The notes beneath the pieces were generated by a model that saw only the letters and a program-made list of their open reading frames with translations, did no database searches and was not told the origin of the DNA. Shown here piece by piece: positions 1 through 8,866 of a stretch of DNA of 34,907 bases (position 1 is the stretch's first letter; every line of letters begins with the position of its first letter). Location: the sequence record SRR20825006_1072; one strand, 5' to 3'. A program made the position numbers and the translations under genes.

Positions 1-57
1 TAGAGCAACTGATTTGTAATCAGTGGGTCGTAGGTTCAAGTCCTATCACCGGCTCCA
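1..57 (+). tRNA. tRNA-Thr(UGU), 5' end truncated by the window edge
   Basis: D-arm remnant TAGAGCA, anticodon arm CTGAT-TTGTAA-TCAG (anticodon TGT), T-arm GTAGG-TTCAAGT-CCTAT, and a 3' CCA at 55-57. Confidence 0.95.
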
Positions 58-65
58 GAACAAAT

Positions 66-96
66 AAAGGGTCATGCTTTTGCATGGCCCTTTTTT
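66..96 (+). terminator. Intrinsic terminator of tRNA-Thr
   Basis: Stem GGGTCATGC/GCATGGCCC with a TTTT loop, followed by T6. Confidence 0.9.
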
Positions 97-140
97 GTTG
101 CCGCTGTCTTCAGCAACTCTCCTAATTAGAACTTCATTTT

Positions 141-175
141 TTACTCACAATAACTGTGGATAAGTCTGTGGGTAT
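141..175. promoter_or_regulatory. Cluster of three DnaA boxes (DARS/datA-like)
   Basis: TTACTCACA (141-149), perfect TGTGGATAA (155-163) and TGTGGGTAT (167-175). The first box is in opposite orientation to the other two, with spacers of 5 and 3 bp. Confidence 0.65.
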
Positions 176-375
176 CAGGCGTAAAAAGTCTTAAGCTGCT
201 CTAAGCATAAACAATAATGTCATTGCTCAAAAAAACGCCAGCGGCCTGCAACTACAGCAATCGCTTCAGCCATTGCATCTGCCTGTCTGCCTGATTATGC
301 TTGAACTGGCAGGTCCAGTTTGCCGGCGAAAATATTTCCCTCTCATTAAGTTAGCCAATCCGAGGTTGTCACGTT

Positions 376-903
376 ATGGTCGCTAATACCAAACAAATCA
401 TGATCTTACGTCACGCCAAGGCAGAGACCGACTCTCCAGCCGGTGATTTTCACAGGGCGCTGAATGAAACCGGCAGACAACAGGCCGTCAATTTGGGTCA
501 GGCTTTGCTTGAGCTGAAACTGATTCCACAATCGATATACAGCTCAACAGCTAAACGCGCTTTACAGACAGCCGAAATAGTCTGTGAACAACTCTCGATC
601 GACGGACATGGCATAAGCCCTCGCGAAGCCCTTTATCTGGCTGACACCGACACCTTTCTATCACTTTTTCACACACTCAACGAACGTATCAGCCGCGTCC
701 TGATAGTGGGACACAATCCGGCACTGGAAGATCTGGTTGATGCTTTAAGCCGGACTGACTTCATCAGTGATCAGCCTAATGGCAAACGCCTGCTGCCGGC
801 CTCGCTGGTTCTGCTTGAATTTGACGGCAAATGGGCGGAGCTCAAAGCCGATAGCTGCGAACTCAAACAACGTATTCACGGTAAACTGCTAAAGAAGCAC
901 TGA
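376..903 (+). CDS. sixA: SixA-type phosphohistidine phosphatase (histidine phosphatase superfamily)
   Basis: LRHAKA, D..R.L...G..QA, SS.A.RA.QTA and LIVGHNP motifs. Confidence 0.88.
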   Translation: MVANTKQIMILRHAKAETDSPAGDFHRALNETGRQQAVNLGQALLELKLIPQSIYSSTAKRALQTAEIVCEQLSIDGHGISPREALYLADTDTFLSLFHTLNERISRVLIVGHNPALEDLVDALSRTDFISDQPNGKRLLPASLVLLEFDGKWAELKADSCELKQRIHGKLLKKH

Positions 904-929
904 ATGGCAGTGCGCCGGCCTGCCAGGTA

Positions 930-1769
930 TTGCAAACCCTGCTCCTCGCCGAGCTGTCGAACATCAAACACTGGCGCAAAGTCGCGATTCAAGGCCGGGA
1001 TCCTGAAGGTGTTCATCAACTCAGGATCAGTCTGCGTAAGATGCGTAGCGCCCTGACCATTTTCAGTCCGGTTATTAGACCTGCTTACCGCCAGCAGTGG
1101 CGACGCCGACTGAAGCAGTTAGCAAAGCAATTGGATGCGGCGCGTGATCTGGATGTGTTTCTACTGACGCATTTCGGTGAAACCGCATCAGACTCTCAGT
1201 TGTACGGGGCTTTAGAGAAGAAAAAGGCCAGACTATACAAACAGCTTTGCAGCACTCTCCAATCAGGCAAGTTCAACAAACGCCGGCGTCAACTTAAAAA
1301 AGCACTGGCGCAGACACACTGGCAAAAAAAATATTGCTATCGTCAGACGCTGTCATTGCGCTGGCTGGCTAAGCAACAACTGAATACGCTTTATCAGAAC
1401 CTGCAGACACAGACCCAGGATTTACAGTTGAATGATGAAGCGGCACTGCATCAGCTTCGCATTAGTTTCAAGCAATTGCGTTATGGCTGTGAATTTCTTG
1501 CGCCGGTGCTGGACGGCACCACGAGCCAGAACTTCATCAATATGATGAAAGCATTGCAAGACCAATTAGGTGATATTCATGATGCGGCAGTGCAGCAGAC
1601 AATGCTGGCTGACTTGCCGATGGCGGCACAGGATGAACTTCAGGCTATTCTTGATGAGAGCCAGCGTAACAGTGAGCATCTGAAGAAAACGCTGCAACAA
1701 CAGCTCAGGCGCTTTAATAACATGCCACCACCCTGGCAAAACCTCAGTTCGGTGTCAGAATCCGGCTGA
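930..1769 (+). CDS. Stand-alone CHAD domain protein (polyphosphate-binding)
   Basis: CHAD motifs DPEGVHQLRISLRKMRS, LDAARDLDV, LHQLRISFKQLRY and LQDQLGDIHD. The TTG start is uncertain; the frame is open from 885. Confidence 0.88.
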   Translation: MQTLLLAELSNIKHWRKVAIQGRDPEGVHQLRISLRKMRSALTIFSPVIRPAYRQQWRRRLKQLAKQLDAARDLDVFLLTHFGETASDSQLYGALEKKKARLYKQLCSTLQSGKFNKRRRQLKKALAQTHWQKKYCYRQTLSLRWLAKQQLNTLYQNLQTQTQDLQLNDEAALHQLRISFKQLRYGCEFLAPVLDGTTSQNFINMMKALQDQLGDIHDAAVQQTMLADLPMAAQDELQAILDESQRNSEHLKKTLQQQLRRFNNMPPPWQNLSSVSESG

Positions 1770-2175
1770 GTGGAACTGTATCAACGAGTAAATCGGCCAG
1801 CGTATATTTATCGAGCACCTGATACAGGGCCTGTTGCGATTCCCGTAAAATCCCGGTCAACCTGCACACCTGAATAAGACAACAATCGCCTTCGCCATGG
1901 ACACAGGGCAGCAGCCCCTCATCGCCTTCCGTCTGGCGGATGACTTCACCCAGGTTCACTGACTCAGCGGCCCTGTTCAAGCTGAGACCACCGCCCTTGC
2001 CGCGAATGGTTTTGATATAGCCGGCTTTGGCCAGAAAATGAACCACTTTAGTGAGATGGTTCTCAGAGATTTGATAGCGCTTTGCAATATCACCAATCGT
2101 CACCCGCTGTTCCTGCTGCAGCGCAAGATACATCAGGACACGCATGGAATAATCTGAAAAAGTGGTGAGGTGCAT
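1744..2175 (-). CDS. nsrR: Rrf2-family NO-sensing repressor NsrR
   Basis: MHLTTFSDYSMRVLMYL N-terminus, ISENHLTKVVH, RGKGGG wing, and C-terminal Fe-S cysteines (PC..GDCC..VC). Confidence 0.85.
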   Translation of the reverse strand: MHLTTFSDYSMRVLMYLALQQEQRVTIGDIAKRYQISENHLTKVVHFLAKAGYIKTIRGKGGGLSLNRAAESVNLGEVIRQTEGDEGLLPCVHGEGDCCLIQVCRLTGILRESQQALYQVLDKYTLADLLVDTVPLSRILTPN

Positions 2176-2226
2176 GAAAGGCAGGCAGCTATCTGATACG
2201 AAGTAATGACTATTCTACAGCCATCA

Positions 2227-3951
2227 TCAGCGACTCAGAAAGTAAATCAAAATCAGGTTACTGATGAGCAATAACAGCGCCAGTCCCCGCCAGAAACCCA
2301 CCGGGTTACGCTGCATTAAAGGCAGCTGTTCCTCACGCAGATAATCCGGGTTCGGTTTAACCAGATCCGCTTCCAATTCAGACAGGGCTTCATAACGTGA
2401 TTCGGGTGATAACTGCACGGCCTTGCGAATAGCTTTATCGACCCAGTGGGGAATATCACTGATGGACTCGCTGACCGATCGGTAGCGGAGCCGGTTCAAG
2501 CCGGCTTGCTCCCGTACGCTGGCAAGTTTGTCGCCATAGGGCAGTTTGCCGGTCAGCATCTGATACACGATACAGCCCAGCGCGAACAAATCCGACTGGG
2601 TAGAGCCCGGCCTGCCAATGAGATATTCCGGTGCCGTGTAATGCTTGGTACCCAGTAACTCCCGCCGTTCCACCGGCGTCGAAATATCGGCGATACCGGC
2701 GATTTTGGTTGAACCGAAATCAATGATTTTGAGCACCCCATCGTGACTGATCATGATATTGCCGGGTTTGAGATCCTGATGCAGCATATCCAGGCGGTGA
2801 AAAGCCCGTAAGCCGGAAGCAATCTGTGGCACCAGCTCCCGCACCGACTTCAAATCCAACGTGCCGACATCATCCAACCACTGTTCCAGTGTCTTGCCAT
2901 TAACGTATTCCAGCACATAATACAGAAAACGCCGCGGCCGTTTCTGCTCAATGGTACGGACCACATGCGGGCTATCAATACGGCGGCCAATCCATTCTTC
3001 CAGTTGGAAACGTTCCAGATAAGCCGGATCATCTTCGAAATTAACTGACGGTGTTTTTATAACCACTTTCTCACCGGTTTCGGTATCCACCGCCAGATAA
3101 AGCTGACTGGTGGAACTGGCATGCAACTCGCGACTAATCCGGTAGCCATCGAGAATGACACCTTCGTAGAGTTCCGGCGGGAACGGCAGTGCCGTCAACT
3201 GAGCAAAAACTTCATTGGGATCCTGCGTCGGCAGTTGTTCCACATCCAGAATCAGGCAGCTGACATTATCCTGGCTACCCTGTTGCAATGCCTGCTCGCA
3301 AAGCTGATGTGCCAGCGTATCCGGATCATGAATTTCGCTACCGAGCAGACTACGTAACTGCTTATGGCTAAGCACATCATGGATGCCATCAGTAGTAAAC
3401 AAGAAGCGGTCACCCACCTCAACCGTCAGCGACTTGTAATCAATATCCAGACAGTAGTCGACACCAAACGCCCGCCCCAAGTATTCCTTGTTCTCATCAA
3501 TCCGTATTCGGTGATCGGTAGTCAGCTGCTCCAGTTCACCGTCACGATAAAGATAAATACGCGAGTCGCCAACATGAAACAGGTGCGCTGTGATGGATTT
3601 GATCACCATGGCACTGAAAGTACTGGCAAGCCCCCGTGAGGCATCCTTGAAATGATTGCTCTGGCCATGCAACCAGGTATTGATGGCGGTCAGTACTTTA
3701 CCGCCGGATTGCTTCACAGACCAGGAATCCGGGGTACTGAAATAATCGCTGATAAATCCGGTCACGCAGGCCTGGCTGGCCTGCTTGCCCTCAGCGCTGC
3801 TGCTGATACCATCTGCCAGCGCACAGGCCACGCCTTTGGTATCGAGCAGTGCAGGGTGGCCGGGCACGGAAAAGCCTAATGAATCCTGATTTTCAGCTTT
3901 TTGCCCTTTATCAGAATACTGGCCAACCGTGACCTTTAACCTGGCTACCAT
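2227..3951 (-). CDS. Bifunctional PP2C phosphatase / Hanks-type Ser/Thr kinase with a C-terminal membrane anchor
   Basis: PP2C motifs ADGIS, HVGDSRIY, TDGI and DNVS. Kinase motifs VVIK, HQDLKPGN, DFG and APE. C-terminal hydrophobic helix. Starts 11 nt after the MFS transporter stop. Confidence 0.92.
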   Translation of the reverse strand: MVARLKVTVGQYSDKGQKAENQDSLGFSVPGHPALLDTKGVACALADGISSSAEGKQASQACVTGFISDYFSTPDSWSVKQSGGKVLTAINTWLHGQSNHFKDASRGLASTFSAMVIKSITAHLFHVGDSRIYLYRDGELEQLTTDHRIRIDENKEYLGRAFGVDYCLDIDYKSLTVEVGDRFLFTTDGIHDVLSHKQLRSLLGSEIHDPDTLAHQLCEQALQQGSQDNVSCLILDVEQLPTQDPNEVFAQLTALPFPPELYEGVILDGYRISRELHASSTSQLYLAVDTETGEKVVIKTPSVNFEDDPAYLERFQLEEWIGRRIDSPHVVRTIEQKRPRRFLYYVLEYVNGKTLEQWLDDVGTLDLKSVRELVPQIASGLRAFHRLDMLHQDLKPGNIMISHDGVLKIIDFGSTKIAGIADISTPVERRELLGTKHYTAPEYLIGRPGSTQSDLFALGCIVYQMLTGKLPYGDKLASVREQAGLNRLRYRSVSESISDIPHWVDKAIRKAVQLSPESRYEALSELEADLVKPNPDYLREEQLPLMQRNPVGFWRGLALLLLISNLILIYFLSR

Positions 3952-3962
3952 GGAAGTCCTTA

Positions 3963-5429
3963 TTAATGGACGTCAATCATTTGCACAGTACCGTCTGGCA
4001 GAATTTCCGCCATCTGGCCGCGCGGCTCATCCATAAACTGTACCGCAATCAGGGTCACGACGGCAGTCGCAGCAATCACGAAGAAGAAGGTCTGAGCTGA
4101 AACAAACGACAGCACGGTGAGGAAAGTCACCGCGCCGACATTACCATAGGCACCGGCCATCCCTGCAATCTGACCTGTCAGTCGGCGCTGGACCAGCGGC
4201 ACAACGGCAAACACGGCACCCTCACCGGCCTGTACAAAGAAAGAACAAGCCATGGTCGCCAAGACGGCAAAGACCAGTAACCACTCCGGCGTAATCATGC
4301 CCAGCACAACGTAACCAATCGCCAGCCCGGTAATGCAAATCGTCAGTGTCCGTTTACGACCCAGTTTGTCACTGAACAGACCACCCACCGGCCGTGAAAC
4401 CAGGTTCATAAAGGCAAAACCAGACGCCAGTAAGCCGGCCTGGACCGCACTGATATCAAAGGTATCACTGAAATAAAGCGGCAGCATTGAGACCACGGCC
4501 AGCTCAGAACCGAAAGTAGCGAGATATGCCAGATCGAGCACGGCCACCTGTTTGAATTTGTAGCGATGAATCTCTGGCACTTCGGTCGTAAACACCTCCT
4601 TGTTGACCTGATAGATGTGATAAACCTGGTAGGCAAACAAAGCGATCAGACCCGCATAGATGGCATAAGTGATGTTCCCGGACAGCAATTCAACACCATT
4701 TGGAGACAGTTTCCAGGCCAGCAGTGCCAACGCCGCATAGAGAGGAATGCTCATGATGATATAAAGGAAGAAATCGCCTTTGCTGGTGACTTCCATCGCA
4801 CCGTTTTTCTTAGGCTTGAAATAGGTCGAGCCTTTAGGTGTGTCCGATACGCTGTTGTAATAAATAAACGCGTAGATGAGCGCAACCGCACCGGTCGTTG
4901 CCAGCGCATAACGCCAGCCATCATCACCGCCGTAAATCAAAGCCAGTGTCGGCAAACTCATGGCTGCCGCAGCAGAGCCGAAGTTACCCCAGCCACCATA
5001 AATGCCTTCAGCCAGACCCACCTGTTTGGCCGGAAACCACTCGGAAATCATCCGGATACCAATAACAAAACCGGCACCGACAAAACCCAGCATAAAGCGG
5101 GCTACAGCCATCTGCTCAAAACTGTCGGCAATAGCGAAAAAGAAGCAGATAAAACTGGAAATGCCCAGCAGCATACTGAACATGATTTTAGGGCCGTATT
5201 TATCAACCAGCATACCGACCACGATGCGCGCCGGAATAGTCAGTGCCACATTGAGGATCAACAGCGTTTTCACCTGTTGGTCATCAAGACCAAGCGAGTC
5301 GCGAATTGCAACCATCAGGGGCGCATGGTTAAACCAGACCACAAAGGTGATAAAAAAAGCCATCCAGGTTAGATGGAGAGTACGGATGTTGCCGCTGAAA
5401 GACAGGAGGTTTAGCTTTTGACTAGACAT
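3963..5429 (-). CDS. narK: NarK/NRT2-family nitrate/nitrite MFS transporter
   Basis: About 12 TM helices with nitrate-signature motifs GGWGNFGS and [10 protein letters not shown]. Start moved to ATG 5429 (MSSQK) because it lies downstream of a sigma54 promoter and a GAGAG RBS. Confidence 0.92.
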   Translation of the reverse strand: MSSQKLNLLSFSGNIRTLHLTWMAFFITFVVWFNHAPLMVAIRDSLGLDDQQVKTLLILNVALTIPARIVVGMLVDKYGPKIMFSMLLGISSFICFFFAIADSFEQMAVARFMLGFVGAGFVIGIRMISEWFPAKQVGLAEGIYGGWGNFGSAAAAMSLPTLALIYGGDDGWRYALATTGAVALIYAFIYYNSVSDTPKGSTYFKPKKNGAMEVTSKGDFFLYIIMSIPLYAALALLAWKLSPNGVELLSGNITYAIYAGLIALFAYQVYHIYQVNKEVFTTEVPEIHRYKFKQVAVLDLAYLATFGSELAVVSMLPLYFSDTFDISAVQAGLLASGFAFMNLVSRPVGGLFSDKLGRKRTLTICITGLAIGYVVLGMITPEWLLVFAVLATMACSFFVQAGEGAVFAVVPLVQRRLTGQIAGMAGAYGNVGAVTFLTVLSFVSAQTFFFVIAATAVVTLIAVQFMDEPRGQMAEILPDGTVQMIDVH

Positions 5430-5481
5430 GAATTCAGTTCTCTCTTTAGAACACGTTACCAACATTGGTTCGCGTTCTAAT

Positions 5482-5598
5482 TGCTGGAATCATGCCAGTT
5501 CTGTAAGTATTTGTTTTACTATGAGATGGCTGCTAAAAATAGGTATTAAAAAAGCTAATTTAAGTCTAAATCGGTGCAGCCTGCACTATGATTGTGCG
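5482..5598 (-). promoter_or_regulatory. sigma54 promoter of narK-kinase with NtrC-like sites
   Basis: Minus strand CTGGCATGATTCCAGCA (GG-N10-GC, 5482-5498). NtrC-like TGCACTATGATTGTGCG at 5582-5598 and a half site ending GGTGCA at 5578. Confidence 0.75.
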
Positions 5599-5607
5599 GG
5601 CTGTGAT

Positions 5608-6846
5608 TTACAACGATGTCTCATCTTCGTCAGGCCAGTCCAGATCGCAGCAAAGCACATAATTCGCCTCACCAACCTGAACCGCCTGTGATACCGTCAC
5701 ACACATATGTGAACCGGCGACTGACAGATAAGGTCGGCTGACCTGGGTCACCCCCGGATTTTGTATCGCACGATAATGATAATGGCGATGTGACCAGTTG
5801 GCATTTTCTCCGGCCAGTAAAGGTGTGAAACGAATATCCAGCCTGGCGGTATATTTGGGTGAATACAGGCTTTTGCCAATTTGAAAACCCTGCTCATTAA
5901 GCAAGTAGCAACGCACTGCCCTTTCATCCTCAAACACTGAGGCGCCGCATTGCTCAAACGGGGTTTGCTGTTTCAGCGCTTCGATTTCGGCATTGTAACG
6001 ATGCTTGAATGCATCGAAATGGGATTGCAGCTTGCGGTTGTACTGGCTACGGACATTATGCTGGCGGTGCAGCAGGTCGTCGAGTTTAGTCGCAAAGTCA
6101 CGATCGCGTTTCAGCTGTTTATCCGGCTTGGCGAAATAAAAACCTTGCACCATATCGGCATTGCTGGAAATGGCGACCATGGCCTCTTTTTCAGTCTCCA
6201 CGCCTTCAATTACTACCAGGCTGCCGGTTTCATGAATCAACGAGACGATTCCAGTCAGAATCCGCTCCACTTTAAGTGACCGCCCCGCCTGCCTGACCAG
6301 ACTGCGATCGATTTTGACGATATCCGGCTGTAACTCCCAAATCCGATCGAAATTGGAATGACCGGCACCAAAATCATCAATAGCAATCAAACAGCCCAAT
6401 TGCCGGAAATGCTGAATCAATTGTTTCAGATAGAGGCGGTCATCAATCTCGCTTTCCAGAATTTCGATAACGATTCGTCTGGCAGGAATACCGGTCTGAC
6501 TCATCAAATCACGCATAAAACCGGCATCAGGTCGCTCTGTCACCAGACACTGAGAGTTCAGGTTGATAAACAGCCAGTTTTCCGCCTCACCGCTATGAGC
6601 AAAATTACGGACATGCAACGCGCGGCAGGTGCGATCCAGTTCCAGATGTTCACGACTCGTGGATGGCCGTTGCATCACCTGTACCGGACTGATGTAGCGC
6701 CCGTCACTGTCATAGGCCCTCAATAAGCCCTCATAACCGACTGGTCTGCGATGCGCAATACTGAAGATCGGCTGGAACGCTGACGTCAGTGAGAGGTTAT
6801 CGAAAGCGGCGGCGAAACCTTGCTCGCTGAAGGAAAGTTCTGTCAT
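5608..6846 (-). CDS. EAL-domain c-di-GMP phosphodiesterase-like protein with a C-terminal YkuI-like sensor domain
   Basis: FQPI, YEGLLR (EAL variant), LFIN, IDDFGAGHSN, KIDRS, EGVE and QGFYF motifs. C-terminal NWSHRHY...SRPYLS Cache-like domain. Start set at ATG 6846. Confidence 0.88.
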   Translation of the reverse strand: MTELSFSEQGFAAAFDNLSLTSAFQPIFSIAHRRPVGYEGLLRAYDSDGRYISPVQVMQRPSTSREHLELDRTCRALHVRNFAHSGEAENWLFINLNSQCLVTERPDAGFMRDLMSQTGIPARRIVIEILESEIDDRLYLKQLIQHFRQLGCLIAIDDFGAGHSNFDRIWELQPDIVKIDRSLVRQAGRSLKVERILTGIVSLIHETGSLVVIEGVETEKEAMVAISSNADMVQGFYFAKPDKQLKRDRDFATKLDDLLHRQHNVRSQYNRKLQSHFDAFKHRYNAEIEALKQQTPFEQCGASVFEDERAVRCYLLNEQGFQIGKSLYSPKYTARLDIRFTPLLAGENANWSHRHYHYRAIQNPGVTQVSRPYLSVAGSHMCVTVSQAVQVGEANYVLCCDLDWPDEDETSL

Positions 6847-6969
6847 TCCAACCCGGACCTTTGTAGATGATTGCGTACAACACTTTAACATTATTGATAT
6901 CTGAGACCTGGTGAATTTATCGTCAATAGTTCTGACTTGTGTAATAAAAAGCCTGCACCGGTTTTGTAA

Positions 6970-7761
6970 TCAGGCCACTTTGCGGGCGTGGCGCTGATGA
7001 AGGAAATGAATCACTTCGGATCGGTAATGGTTGTAGTCCCGATCATCAGCCAGGTCGAGACGTTTTCTCGGGCGTGGTAACTTCACCTCCATGACTTCAC
7101 CGATAGTCGCAGCCGGTCCATTGGTCATCATCACAATCTTGTCAGATAACAATACGGCCTCATCGACATCATGAGTAATCATAATCACTGTGTTATTCAA
7201 ATCAGCCTGAATCTCCATTAAGGAATCCTGCAGATGAGCCCGGGTCAGCGCGTCCAAAGCGCCGAAAGGTTCATCCATCAGCAATACCTTGGGCTCCATC
7301 GACAAAGCCCGGGCGATGCCGACCCGTTGTTTCATGCCACCGGAAATTTCCGAGGGCATTTTGTGCATCGCATGCGTCATTTGCACCAATTCCAGATTAT
7401 GCTCAACCCATTCACGGATTTGTTGACGGCTGCGGCTGGCACCGAACACAGATTTCACCGCCAGTTCCACATTCTGGTAGCAACTCAGCCAGGGAAACAA
7501 AGAATGGTTCTGGAACACAATGGCCCTGTCCGGGCCTGGCTCGTCGACCTCTCTGCCCTCGAGCACAACACCGCCTTCGGTGGCTTTATAGAGTCCGCCA
7601 ACAATATTCATCACCGTGGATTTACCGCATCCGGAGTGACCGATGACGCTGACAAACTCACCTTTTTCAATTTTCAGATTGACATTATCCAGCGCCCGGA
7701 AAGGTCCATCGGGCGTAGGGAAATCAATACTGACATGATCGATATTAAGATATTTATCCAT
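6970..7761 (-). CDS. nrtC: Nitrate ABC transporter ATP-binding subunit (NrtC/NrtD/NasD type)
   Basis: Walker A GHSGCGKST, signature ISGGMKQR, DEPFGALDALTR and ITHD. Confidence 0.93.
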   Translation of the reverse strand: MDKYLNIDHVSIDFPTPDGPFRALDNVNLKIEKGEFVSVIGHSGCGKSTVMNIVGGLYKATEGGVVLEGREVDEPGPDRAIVFQNHSLFPWLSCYQNVELAVKSVFGASRSRQQIREWVEHNLELVQMTHAMHKMPSEISGGMKQRVGIARALSMEPKVLLMDEPFGALDALTRAHLQDSLMEIQADLNNTVIMITHDVDEAVLLSDKIVMMTNGPAATIGEVMEVKLPRPRKRLDLADDRDYNHYRSEVIHFLHQRHARKVA

Positions 7762-7771
7762 TGTCTGGCTC

Positions 7772-8794
7772 CTAGCGAATGACGGCGTTTTTGTCGTAAG
7801 AGAAGAATTTCTGGAAGCTCAATGTGATGCGATCCAGTATGAAACCGATAATGCCGATGGTCAGTACTGCGACCATGATACGGCTGAGCGAGGAAGAACT
7901 GCCGTTCTGGAACTCATCCCAGACGAACTTACCCAGACCCGGGTTCTGTGCCAGCATTTCAGCAGCAATCAACACCATCCAGCCGATACCCAGTGAAATA
8001 CGCAAACCGGTAAAAATCATCGGTATCGAAGCCGGGATCACGACTTTAACGACCGTTGTAAAATAATTCAGGCGCAATACCCGGGCGACATTAATCAAAT
8101 CCTTATCTATCGATGACACCCCAACGGCAGTATTAATCAGGGTCGGCCACAGTGAGCACAGTGTCACGGTTAGTGCAGAGGTGATAAAGGACTTCTCAAA
8201 GACGGGATTGTCAGTGACATACAGCGCACTGACCACCATGGTCACAATCGGCAGCCAGGCGAGAGGTGACACCGGTTTGAAGATCTGAATCAGCGGGTTC
8301 AGTGCGGAGTAAAGCGTGTCGGATAGCCCGGCCATGATACCAATCGGTACTGCAATCACAGTGGCCAGCAGAAAACCGACAAAAACGGTAAACAAGCTGG
8401 TCAGGATCTGATCAAAGAAAGTTTCCTTTCCGGTATAGGAACGAATCGTCACCTCCGCATCCGGATTTTTCTCCAGCTTGGCGGCATTGCGTTGTTCCTG
8501 ACGATCATAGAAAGCGTCTTCACGTTCACGCGAGGCCTGGTGCTCATCAGCCAGCACCGTCACCTGCTCCCAGACCTGGACCGGGCCCGGCACCTGACCG
8601 AGGCTGGTAATCACCTTGGCAGCACCGAGATGCCACAAAAATAAAAACACAGCGATCGCAAACAACGGCACGCCGACCATTTTGACCAGTGCCTGCAGCT
8701 GGTGTTTGGGTGACTCTCCCGCTGTCAGTCTGACCAAGGGGATAAACCAGTTGAAGCCGGTCAACTCAAGGAAATAAATCAGTTTGTCTTTCAT
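7772..8794 (-). CDS. nrtB: Nitrate ABC transporter permease (NrtB/NasE)
   Basis: KPVSPLAWLP, WPTLINTAVGV and IAAEML..GLGKFVWDE motifs; multiple TM helices. Confidence 0.93.
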   Translation of the reverse strand: MKDKLIYFLELTGFNWFIPLVRLTAGESPKHQLQALVKMVGVPLFAIAVFLFLWHLGAAKVITSLGQVPGPVQVWEQVTVLADEHQASREREDAFYDRQEQRNAAKLEKNPDAEVTIRSYTGKETFFDQILTSLFTVFVGFLLATVIAVPIGIMAGLSDTLYSALNPLIQIFKPVSPLAWLPIVTMVVSALYVTDNPVFEKSFITSALTVTLCSLWPTLINTAVGVSSIDKDLINVARVLRLNYFTTVVKVVIPASIPMIFTGLRISLGIGWMVLIAAEMLAQNPGLGKFVWDEFQNGSSSSLSRIMVAVLTIGIIGFILDRITLSFQKFFSYDKNAVIR

Positions 8795-8823
8795 ATTGAC
8801 TCTTTGATTGGGTTGGAAACAAT

Positions 8824-8850
8824 CACCCTGCCTGCGAGGCAGACAGGGTG
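8824..8850 (-). other. Intercistronic hairpin between nrtA and nrtB (probable mRNA stabiliser or partial terminator)
   Basis: Minus strand CACCCTGTCTGC-CTC-GCAGGCAGGGTG, a 12-bp stem with no strong U tract. Confidence 0.7.
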
Positions 8851-8866
8851 GCTTGCGGTTCCGGTA

